In this document: one piece after another, positions 22,975 through 33,841 of the stretch
How the letters are laid out: every line of letters starts with the position of its first letter
Numbering within the stretch: the stretch's first letter is position 1
Assembly (NCBI RefSeq): GCF_002571385.2
Contig: NW_019217784.1
Span: 1,414,361 to 1,478,360 of the forward strand
DNA length: 64,000 nucleotides
Direction: 5' to 3'
From: Stylophora pistillata
Lineage: Eukaryota
The notes under the pieces: generated by a model
What the model saw: only the letters and a program-made list of their open reading frames with translations
What the model was told of the DNA's origin: nothing
Database searches by the model: none
Program-made: the position numbers and the translations under genes

Positions 22975-25884
22975 ATGGAATCTTCGCAATCCATCGCCGC
23001 ATTAGTCGGACTTGGGGTCTTAGTTTTCATCCTTCTTCTCTCTATCGTGGGAATCGTTTACTTCAGGAAATATCTGACGAAAATAAACGATTCGAAAGCT
23101 TCGCGAAAGATAGGAACCTACATTTCGCCCAAAGAACCACCGGAATTCGTTATTCCACCCTATACCCTGATCGCGGATGAAAGCGATGGAGAAACTTTGA
23201 GCGACATAGGAGACTCGAGAACAGACGAGATAGGCGGAAAGTTTACCCCTCCGGCTTTTAGAAGAGCCATTTCAATGCCACCACCATCAGATCAGTCACG
23301 GAATTCAAAACAAGAAATCACTGAAGGACAAGAAGACAGCGGAGCTCCAGCGGTAGGAATAGCAACGACGGAATACCGCCCCCAGTACAGAAGAGCTGTT
23401 TCTCAGTATGTGCCTTACTCAACTCAAACCAAGAGAGAGCCCGTGAAAAAAATTTCGGTTGCTCCGTATGGAAAACTGGAAGTTTCCGTGCATTTTCTGA
23501 CGGCTAAAAAAGTGCTTTTTGTGCAGGTATGTTTGATACTATTGAACAGCTGTTAGAAAAGAGGCTAATTCATTCCAAAAGTCCAATATTAGAGCTGGTT
23601 TTGTTCAGTTGAATTGTTTACCTGTAGACTACAACGCAGGATTTTCCAAACAGATTTGGTGAGTTTAACTTTCTGACAAACTATTTCACACAAATCTTTT
23701 AAGCAATTTTTTTTCAATGAGAGTCTTTTATGGCTTTTTTTTCTTCGTGCAATTTATATTTAATATTGATCAACCTCGGTTTATTGTTTCCTAAAACTTT
23801 ATTTTCCTCATTCACGCCTCCTCAAAATAAAAAAGTTCTACAAGGTGCTCCTTTTGTCCAAAAGGTGCTCGTGAGGGACGTACCTGCAGGACCTAGCCCC
23901 TGGCATCGGGGAAAAGGGATAAATTATGATATCAAAAATAACCTGGAATGTCTTTAGCCCCTAACATGTCAGTTTTGTAACCCCCCTCCTCCCCATCCAT
24001 CGCGCCTATCCATCGGTTATCCATCGCATAACCCCTTAGATTTTCATCACATTCTAAAAGGATTGACATTTGCTTCCCTCGAACATTTCAGAACCGCTCC
24101 TCGTACCCTTCTAATAACTTTCCGAATTTTCCGCATCTTTTCAGGTTAATGGCGCGTTTGATCTTCCTCACGTGCGACTTTCTGGGATCTCTACCCCGTA
24201 TGTCCGCGTACATCTGTTAGCAGGGCAGCGTCACAGGGATACCAGGTCAAACTTCTTGAATCTCGGAACTAACCGAATATGCATGTTTGATCAAATGACG
24301 ATGGAAGAAGCACAAAGGTACGTTTTTCAGTTAAAATGAAATAAGTCCAGATTGTGGCTGAGAAAATCAAAACGGAAAGGAAACAGTACAGAGGAAGTGA
24401 CAACTGGGGTGAGCAAAAAGGACAGGCGCATCAGAACGTAATGAAAGAGAGAAACTTTCTCCTCTCTTCAGAAGGCCCCTGTAAATCAATTTTCTAAAGG
24501 ATTTCCTTGTGACTCTAGAGTTTGTAGAGCAACAGGCCTCTCGATATCAAGGTGTTTTTAGCCGATTACTGGTGATATTTGTTCTTGCCCTTAGCCGATA
24601 TCAGTCAGGAACTTAACCCTCTTTTATGGTTTGTTCGTCGGATTTCACTAAGACATTAAGATCTTCGAATCACTCTGATATTTAACCTACTTTTTATTGC
24701 CGTACGCTCCTCATACTCGCTTTGTGTCAGAAAATATTGTTGTCGTTTTCTACCTTGACAGTTCTACCCTAAAGTTTGTTGTCCTTGACTATGACAAGTT
24801 TTCTCGGAGTGAATTCGTGGCTGAGGTAATGTTGTCGCTTCTCGAAGTGGATTTAGATGAAGGCACCACGTTGTCACTCCACCTGAACTACAAGACCATC
24901 AATGAGGTAAGTGAAGCGTACGGACAAAACCAATTCATCCTAGTTTCCTGCGATTCACTTGCTAGGCCAGTTTTGTTACATTGGCGATACATATTTTTGT
25001 TTGCGCATGTTTCATCTTCCCTTTCGTTGTTGTCATTATTTTCAGTCAGCTGACCGAGGTACCATAACGCTGTCAGTATGTCACCAACCTACTGCTAATC
25101 ACTTACATGTGATCGTTTTGAAAGCAAGTGGACTCCCTCTTCCCAAGTCAGATGCTCCTGGAGGATGTGGTAAATGGTTTTCAACTGATATAGCACGTTT
25201 GATTCTTCTCCTATAAGGCCGGAATTCACTTGTTTGTGACCTCTGCTATATTTTTGTGATCGGTAGTCAGCTACACGAGAATCAGCAATAACAGTCCACT
25301 TTTTTACAGTCAATGGTTTGATCTCAAAATTAGTGTAGTGTAGAGTAGTGTGGTGTGGATTGTGGGGTGTGGGGTGCGGTGGAGCGGCCGGGGAATTTTG
25401 TGTTGGGTTGTAGTGTGGTGTGGTACAGTGCTGTGAGGCGGGTGTGGTGCAGTGCTGTGAGGTGGGTGTGGTGCAGTGCTGTGAGGCGGGTGTGGTGGAT
25501 GCGGTGAGAAAAGATCTGTCGCCAGCGAGAGTAACCCGATCTTGATTCAACATAGTTTAATATAACATTTTCTTATCAGATACCTACGTAAAAGTTCTTC
25601 ACAGCGTTCAGGGCAAAGTTGTTGAGCGCAAAAAGACCAAAGTGGTGAAGAAATCTACTTCACCGGTTTTCAATGAAGCCTTCGTCTTTGATGTAAAAGA
25701 AGACGACTTAAGACGTTCCAGTATCAGTTTTGAAGTGCATCGAGGGGATACAGTGTTAAAAACAGAGAGGATCGGTCATATTACTCTGGGTTTGGAATCG
25801 TTTGGCACTGAAGTACGACAGTGGAATGATGTGATCACGTCACCGCTTAAGAGAGTAACGGAGACACATTTGTTGCATGCGTAA
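22975..25884 (+). CDS. Synaptotagmin-like protein B (N-terminal TM, C2A, C2B), 5 exons, ~432 aa
   Basis: Exons 22975-23526, 24145-24317, 24762-24906, 25046-25169, 25580-25884 total 1299 nt in frame. TM IAALVGLGVLVFILLLSIVGIVYF. C2 motifs: GKLEVSVHF, VLDYDKFSRSE, GTITLSVCHQP, DTYVKV, KKTKVVKKSTSPVFNEAFVF. Confidence 0.9.
25332..25497. repeat. GT-rich simple repeat including a ~24-bp unit
   Basis: GTGTA/GTGTG runs and three copies of GTGTGGT(A/G)CAGTGCTGTGAGG.GG. Confidence 0.8.
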
Positions 25885-26307
25885 GGATGGGAAAAACCGC
25901 TGGCAAGTCCTTGAGACTCGGCAGTACGTTTAAAGCGTACTTTTGGGCTTATCTTTTGTAAACGTTTTCAGAGAAAATTTCTGGAAGAAACATTGAAAGC
26001 TGAACTTTACCACTAGGTTTTGTTCCTTGTTTCATCAATTTATCATTTTCACGTCGAACTCTTCCAAAATTTGGAAACGAGGAAATGTGGAATGTGGACA
26101 AGATATAAACAGACAAAACCTGGATTTCAAACTCATAAAATTTACTTTCCATGGTAATCAAAATTTCAACCGAATTGATCTGTTCAAAATGCCTATTTTT
26201 AAAACTATACTACAAAAGTTCATTATTTGAATATCTAGTGTTATATAAAATGATGCTCACAGTTTATTAAAGTTCAAGAGCATTATTCAATTGATAGAAA
26301 AGTAATT

Positions 26308-26377
26308 TTGGATGGTAAATTGGCCACCGTAACGATTACAAAAGCTGACGTTTCGAGCGTTCGCCCTTCGTCGGAAG
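26308..26377 (-). mobile_element. ~70-bp hammerhead-element insertion with 15-bp target-site duplication
   Basis: Reverse complement reads CCGACGAAGGGCGAACGCTCGAAACGTCAGCTTTTGTAATCGTTACGGTGGCCAATTTACC. Flanked by identical GATAGAAAAGTAATT at 26293-26307 and 26278+100 (26378-26392). Confidence 0.75.
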
Positions 26378-26646
26378 GATAGAAAAGTAATTCTCAATTT
26401 TACGTCAAACTATCCACTAAATTATGTATATAGTTACTATTACTAAATTCTAAATAGAATTGATATCCCAAAAACTATTTTTGAGAAAAACTATTTTAAA
26501 TGCTAGTATTTTAAAAATAAAGGAGACACTTTATTTGTCACTAATATTTTCATGCAGTCTCATACTTCAAATGGATAACTTAATGATTTTTTTAAAGAAA
26601 AATGTTGTAATCTTTGGGAAGAATATTTAACAATTATTCCACAAGC

Positions 26647-26686
<40 letters not shown>

Positions 26687-26911
26687 NNNNNNNNNNNNNN
26701 NNNNNNNNNNNNNNNNNNNNNNNNNNNNNNNNNNNNNNNNNNNNNNNNNNNNNNNNNNNNNNNNNNNNNNNNNNNNNNNNNNNNNNNNNNNNNNNNNNNN
26801 NNNNNNNNNNNNNNNNNNNNNNNNNNNNNNNNNNNNNNNNNNNNNNNNNNNNNNNNNNNNNNNNNNNNNNNNNNNNNNNNNNNNNNNNNNNNNNNNNNNN
26901 NNNNNNNNNNN
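26687..26911. other. Assembly gap (Ns) flanked by repeats
   Basis: Run of N. The right flank 26912-27036 is an inverted copy of 46560-46684. Confidence 0.95.
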
Positions 26912-27375
26912 AAAAAACAAGCGCGCGCGGAAAAATAGTCTTTGCATTTGCTCACGTCAGCAGCGTACACCCATGGGCAAATGGGGGACGCTAAATTGAC
27001 CAATCAGAGCGCGCGCTTTACTTTGGTTATGTTATAATATTTCTTGGTAACCAGCACCTTTAACTCTGATAGTATGGAATTTTTGGATCCACGTTTGATG
27101 TGTTGACCGCAGACGTCAAACCGTGGTTAGCAGGTTGAGGTTATGTCGGAGTTAAAGTTTCGAGATTTTTAGCTTTTAGATCGACGTGGATTTTCAACTG
27201 AAAAAATCAACATTTGAAGTTGAAATACTTCACTTGCACAATGAAATACAAACCTCCGATGAAATCCTATCTTTTTTAGATTTCACAGCACAGATTTCGA
27301 TGTTTGACCCATCACAGGGTGACAATTTTGCGCATTTGTACTGACGCATTGTCAACGTGTCTCATGGGCGACCAA

Positions 27376-29793
27376 TCACATGACAGTAGTGCCATTAGTG
27401 TTCATGGTAGTCATGTTTCCATTTGGAAACCCACCATTGACCCAGTTGCTGGACGAACTTGTCACAACGCTGGTAAGAACCAACATCTCATTCAAAGCAC
27501 TTTCCACCGTATTTCCCAAATTTATTGGAGGAAAGAACAGCGCCTCCACCGTACCAGGACGAATTAAGCGCAAGGAAGGTAGCCTCAGGAGAAGTTTGCC
27601 GAAACGTGTTGGTTGGTTTGGATATTGGGTGCGAATGTAATCTTCCAGTGCACATTGGGTACGTTCTTGGAGACCTTCCACGTGAGTACAGTTGGAGAGT
27701 CCTTGAGAATCTGAAAGCATTCATGAGGAAATAAAACTTCAAGATACAGATACAAGTCAAGCATTTGTCTTTTTGCAGTTAATTGATATGGTAATCAAAT
27801 TGACTTCGACAGTGTGAGACGGTCCAAGTACTTCCGAAAGGGAATCATTTCAGAGTACATTCCTGCCTTTTAAAGAATAAAAAGTACTGTTCCCTACTGA
27901 AAGTGTTCTTATAAGAAATTTTCCCTTAAGAAAGCAGTGCGACTTCGTTTTAAGACCACAGTTTTGTTGCCAAAGCAAAGACGATTACTCCATTTACCTG
28001 GATTAAAAAGAAGAATAGCCTTGAGACAGCAAAACTCTGCAGAATCTATGTGTAAATTTTTAAGCTTTTCGACTTGTTCTTCAAATAATCTAAGATTTTC
28101 TGCAGAATCGAAAGCTGTAATTGGTCCATTGCTGCCTGCTGTTAACATCTCCGTATTCGATGGAGAGGTCAACGCGTTTATGGTCAGCGGCTGCGCCATG
28201 TGAAACGGCGAGCAGTGCTGAGCAGCGTTTAATATGAACAGTTCACTCCAGCACGATCGTAGCAAGATGGATTGATCAGGAAGAGTCAACTCCGAGAAAA
28301 AGGGAATATTCTTGGCCCATTCGGTCATGGAAACCAGCAGTCTGGTGGCAAGCTCGGACGCGCTTTCCAATCCCGCAATATTTGTGGAGATCCCGAGGGA
28401 CTGCTGGTAGCGCGCGATGGTATCGGCTCGAAGCAAGAGAGTGATGTAATTTGAGTAAAAGGACTGGGGATTGCGCATGTCACCAAGGCCCATTTGTAGA
28501 CAGCTTACGTCTGATTGAGTTGTTGAGATGCGACCTTTCTGAACAGCTGTTGGCAAATGGAAAAAAAGTTTAAAAGCGAGCAATGGCAAAATACTTATAC
28601 ACGTTATGTAAAAAATAACTTCAAATAAAAAAATTCTTGTAATGAAGGCTTCAGGATTTAATCCCTTAATTTCCTCTCATTGCAGTCAGCCAACCATAAG
28701 CAATAAAAGTGTATAAACAAACCTTAATCCTCAGTCAAACCCACAATCCTCAGACAAAGTGTAATCAGGAGCCTATTACTTGGAGCGTTCAACTGCCCTT
28801 TGTTAATAAAGGCTGGGCTCAGTATGGGAGTTGAACGCTCCAATGGGTGGGCTCCTGATGTAATACAGATGTGGTAAACACCAATGAACTAGCATCAGTG
28901 CATGTCAGAGAACATTTCAATTTCCTTTTCCACCTTCTTACTATTATGATGCTGTAACTTTATGGCATAATAGGAAAATTTAGCTAACAAAAAGTTACAA
29001 GATTGTCGAGAAATGCGCCGCCTCTCCTTTGGCTATACTCATTCTCATAAATGCCCTACCCCGCGGTTCCCACCCCTCCTCCATTTGGGTTACCTATCAT
29101 GTGAGCAACGGGCCGCTTCTTCCATAATTATACTATATGAATCAAAATCTTCTTACATTTGAAATAATCATGTCCCTGTTATCTTTTCGAAAGAAATATT
29201 GATTGCATATAATACTTGAACCCTATAAGCTGCATACCTCATCACTAGCGCAGCAGTGCACCGAAACGAAATTAAGAAATTACGATTTTTGTCTCCTCTG
29301 TCTTTGACGGGACATTTGTTTTAAAAACCATCTTGGAGGGAGAAAATACCTTAAAATGTCTAGTTCAAAGGTCAAACATACCATCTTTCCTCATTCCAAC
29401 TTTCATACATTTCTTGAGTCTGCAATACTGGCAATGATTCCTGTGTTGGATATCTACTGGACAATTCTTGTATCCCCTACACGTGTACGAGAGATTCCGT
29501 CGAATGCTTCTCTTGAAAAAGCTTTTACAACCTTCACACGTAAAAACACCATAATGCTTCCCAGACGATTTATCTCCGCAAACTACGCATTCAAGGGAGG
29601 GTTTTGGTGTACTAGAACCTTCTTCCGTCTCTGAAAAGTCTCCGGGTGAATAAAACGCGTGTTCGAGAAGAACCGGTGAATCGGCTTCCGCGTTTGAAAT
29701 TTCTGCGCAAGAGCTTTGTGGTTGTGGCAAGCTTGTAAGGGCGTTTATGTTCACGTTTATGTCCGATGCTGCTTCATCGTTGAAAGAGTTCAT
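27376..29793 (-). CDS. NR2F: COUP-TF / NR2F-like nuclear receptor, 3 exons, ~431 aa
   Basis: Exons 29793-29382 (DBD: [35 protein letters not shown]...[13 protein letters not shown]), 28546-27998 and 27710-27376 (LBD: [53 protein letters not shown]) total 1296 nt in frame. Confidence 0.93.
28764..28859. repeat. Small palindromic MITE in NR2F intron 1
   Basis: ATCAGGAGCC...TTGGAGCGTTCAACT pairs with AGTTGAACGCTCCAA...GGCTCCTGAT. Confidence 0.65.
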
Positions 29794-31839
29794 AATAAAC
29801 TTGAACTAAAGGTTAAACAAGTCGCCAACTGGAGGGGTTGGTGACTCTCCTAATACAAATATGAATAACTATTGTTTGACCATGAAGAGAAATAAGCGAC
29901 TTAAGAACAAAAGCAATTAGTCGCCCCTGTCGTTATTATGTAATATTGATTAAGGTACCCGTTAAACTGACAAAGCTTCTGTTTTGTGAGGGTTGAAATC
30001 AGCTGTGGGCTAAAGAGGGGTAGATGGAATCAAAGTAAATGAAGCTTTCAGAAAACTTTTCAAAGCAATAAATAAATCTATTTTTTTTAATCCATTCTTA
30101 TACTTGATTTCTAATCAATGGATTTGAAAATACACTTAATAAGATTTAACACAGTGCACGACAATTTTTATTTTAAATTGAAAAAAATTGAAGCAGAAAG
30201 GCGTTTTCAAAACCTGGTTGAAATCAGCAATGAATACAAGTCTGCTTAAACTGTACAAATTTTGTTCAGCATTTTCAACCCCAAAGTCAAGGACGACTTC
30301 TTTTAGTACTCAACCAGGTATATATAAAGTGCTAAAAGTCAACTGCTTTGGACCAAAGGCCAACTAAAGTGACTGCAAAAAGTGAGCTGAAAAATGTTGT
30401 TTAATATCATATTTTTAATGGAGGAGAAGCTGAAATTTTTAACAGGTCCTATGGCTTCTTTGAATTTCTCGGAACGTTCTGTGTGTTTTATTTGTTTACT
30501 AAATACATGAAAACAAATCTTCTTTCGTTATGGGCCCTGTCAGTGGAAGGTGAAATACTGGTACTTAAATATTTTATAGCTTCAAACAATCTGTGGGAGG
30601 TTGTAAGTAAATTGAATTATATGCTGTGGGCGGCTTGTTTTGAAAAGGGATTGATTGATATGTCATGTCAGAAACTTTATGCTAGCTAAGACATAAATTC
30701 AATTCATTACAACTTGTGTTTTTCCTTTCCTCGCCGGTTGCATTCAAATGGTTTTGTCTTGTTTTCTTCCCTGTGATTGGATCTGGTGAACCGTGAAAAT
30801 TCTGTTCGTCTGAACGATCATGAAGATTTTATTTAGCAGCTGTTGAGAACAAAAAAATTTCTATGATTGCTTAAGTATTGGTCAATCAGCTGTTAAAAAG
30901 GAAGGGAATTGTGTGTTATTTCAAATTGACTAATATATAATGCGCGATCCGAGCGTGCGGTTGGTAACTCTGTATACATGGACTACAGAGAAGTGTAGCT
31001 GACTTATAAAATGCTTTGTTGTGATTTTCTTTTGAAATTTAAGCTGTGTGTGAGTCGGGTGGCATGTTTGTTAGCCCTTTTCTGTGTAGAAATTTGTTAT
31101 GGTCGGGTCATGTAAAGTGTTTTGACTTCACAGTGTACAAACAATAGAATCAAAGACAGTTGAATTGTTTTTTAGATTCAACATTGCCAAACCTTCACTG
31201 ACGCAAAGCATCGAGATATTGCGAGAGCAACATAAACTGCTCAGTCTTTCAGGGTCAGTTTTGTATTGTGTGTTATTGAGTCCGTACATGGAAGACCGAT
31301 CACCGCATGGCTGACAGTATTAAAAAATGCTGTAAGCGTCGTATCTACAAAAAGGCAAGAGAACTGCAACAGAAATTGGGAGGAGAAAACTGATCACTTC
31401 GACTTTATTCAATTCACATCCCAAATACTCACGATACGAGATCTGGTAGATGTGAACATTTTCATTCCCTCTTATGGTTAACTTCGAACTTCGAACTGGA
31501 AGAAAATGAATGCGAAGTAATTTCGTTTCCGGAGCCCTCGGTAAGTACTGGAAGATTGACAAAATAAATCACTATATGCGAGTTATACCACGGATCTAAG
31601 AGTCTTTACTTTTTCAACTAAATAAGGGTATCAAAGACTCTGGGATAGGATTGAGCCCAAATTAAGGGAACGAGAAAGAAAGAGAACTCAAATTCGCACG
31701 TCCTTTCGTATACTGACGTGCGCACGTTTTATTTTGGGCTATGGACAATCGTATCGCTTTAGTCCCAGCGAAACCGTCACAGCAGGACCAGCGAACTGTG
31801 ATCATGATGTATAAGACTTCTTGAATAGCTGACTAAATT

Positions 31840-32790
31840 AACATAAAAGATCCTTTAGACTTCTTTGAACTGCAGCTCGAATATTTTTTAACCTTCACCA
31901 AAATAGTAACGGGTTGAATGAAGAGTTGATAAATGTTATCGTCCAGGAGACTTCAAAAGCAAGAGTAATCGATACAGCTACAGGTGCATGTGTCCATGTC
32001 ACCATGTTGTTGAAAATGAAGAATAGACACGCATGCAGTGGTCATATATGGGAGATAACAAAGCAAACTGATTATGTACAGGTAGAAAATGTCGATAAAA
32101 GAGTTCTTGAGTCCAGTTGATATTCTCATTTGCGCAGTGGATTGAAACACCGTTACCTAATTCCAAACTTAAAGTTGATGATGCCGCACTACACGATAAA
32201 ATTTTGAATACAGGACCGCATTCAGGAGAAGGCAAATGCCGACGAAAGGAGCTGAAAAAAGCTCAAAATATCCATATTTTCAAGCGCCAAGGGAAGAAGC
32301 TACTGAACAAGGAAACCATAGGAAAGCGAAAAAGAAGCAAACTCTTCGTACGGTGACAATCTCATGGTACCTTAAGTGAAGATTTAGAGCCAGGAATTGG
32401 TCTACACTCAAAGACGACACAGTAATGTATGAAGCACCACATAACAAGCTGGACGTAAATCTGCTTGCTTTCCCATGAATTCCAACGAGTGTTGGGTCTC
32501 GATGAAAGTGTTGGTAAATTTTCCATGCGATGTACACAGGTTGTACAATTAAACCAACACAGAGGTCGGTCAGCGCGAGGCTGATCAGTAACACATTTGA
32601 AGGCGTCACTAATGAAGGAGTACGTGCAAATGACACGAGAATCAACAGATTGCCAAAAATGGCTAAAACGCAGAATGGAAAGTTGACAGTGGCGTTTATC
32701 ACGAATGGAATTGAATTGTATCGTTAAACATTTCGCTCCAGGATAATAGTTTGCGTTGAGATATCTGTTAATTTCAGGTGTCCTCGGTGA
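31840..32790 (-). pseudogene. Intronless class A (rhodopsin-like) GPCR pseudogene
   Basis: TM1 GNLLI, TM2 LALTDL..G...QP, TM3 LSVDQFLAL..HLRY, TM6 CYLPY, TM7 INSSFNPLLFW. Contains several in-frame stops (TGA at 32280, TAA and TAG near 32155-32170, TGA in the TM7 tail) and a frameshift near 31970. Confidence 0.8.
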
Positions 32791-33841
32791 GGGTTTTCGT
32801 AAAATACGCGAGATTAACGGCGGGATGTTAGATTTTACGGTCTGGTTTTCGCTTGTTCATAGCACTGAACTGAAGTCAATTTGTGAACAAGATCAGGGTA
32901 GATTGATGTTTCCCTGAATCGTGACAAGGCAAGACACTATGAAGGCAGATAAGTGACACAGCTTCAAATGGTTATTTTAGTTAAGATTTCGACAACAAAA
33001 AAACTCATCGATTGAACAAGCAATAGAAATGAGAATGACCCTTCCAAATGAAAGACAGCCTGGAATTTAATTTCGCCTGTTAGATGATTTTATTATCTGA
33101 ACATTCTGCAATAACCGGTCCTCTGTTCACGTTTCTCATTATGATCTTAAATGCGATACTGGCGAAAAAAGGTGTTTCCCTTACGGGAAATCATTTCAAA
33201 GCAATTTATGTAAAGTGTTAATTATGGCCAACACTTTCCCTTGGTGAGTTCAGTATTAAGTCTTTACAAACTTGCACAAGTTTTCAGTGATTCTTTTTTA
33301 GAAACAGGATGGGTTAACAAAGTGTAATTTAAGAGGCGGAGACTGAAAACATATTTCACTGATATTTTAAATCACAAAGCTATAAAATGAAATAAATTTT
33401 TGCTGTGGCGAAGGCAAAATGAGATATTATAGATAAAAGAAAACCAGCCACAAAGAGAAATCGGAAAAAGAATTGGTGCATGTTCTTTGCTTTCCGTATT
33501 TATGTTCTCTGTGGAAACTACTCTTTCAAAATGAATCATCTCTATATTCTTGGCAAACTAGAGGCATGCATCTCGTCGCAGTTTTGGCTTAAGATTAAAA
33601 CGCCAGTTTTTCTGATATAGTTAAGTGTCAGAAAAACTAAAAGCCTACCTTTCTTGCAAAGGGAATTTAGCAAGACCACGTTGCCAGAAATGTGCGAATG
33701 TATCTTAAAAGAAGACCATTCGCGCGCGCTAAAGGTAGGTAAATGAAATTATACTGACGTCAGCAAACGTACTTTTCTTTATACGTTGCAACGAAGCTTG
33801 CTGTAAAATATTGCCTTGTCGTTCAAGAGCTATAGCTTCAA

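Noticed and set aside
25095-25553. 152-aa ORF with SQHCTTP repeats
   Set aside because: Antisense translation of an intronic GT-rich simple repeat.
32280-32282. Selenocysteine or readthrough explanation for the in-frame TGA in the GPCR
   Set aside because: TAA, TAG and a frameshift also interrupt the frame.
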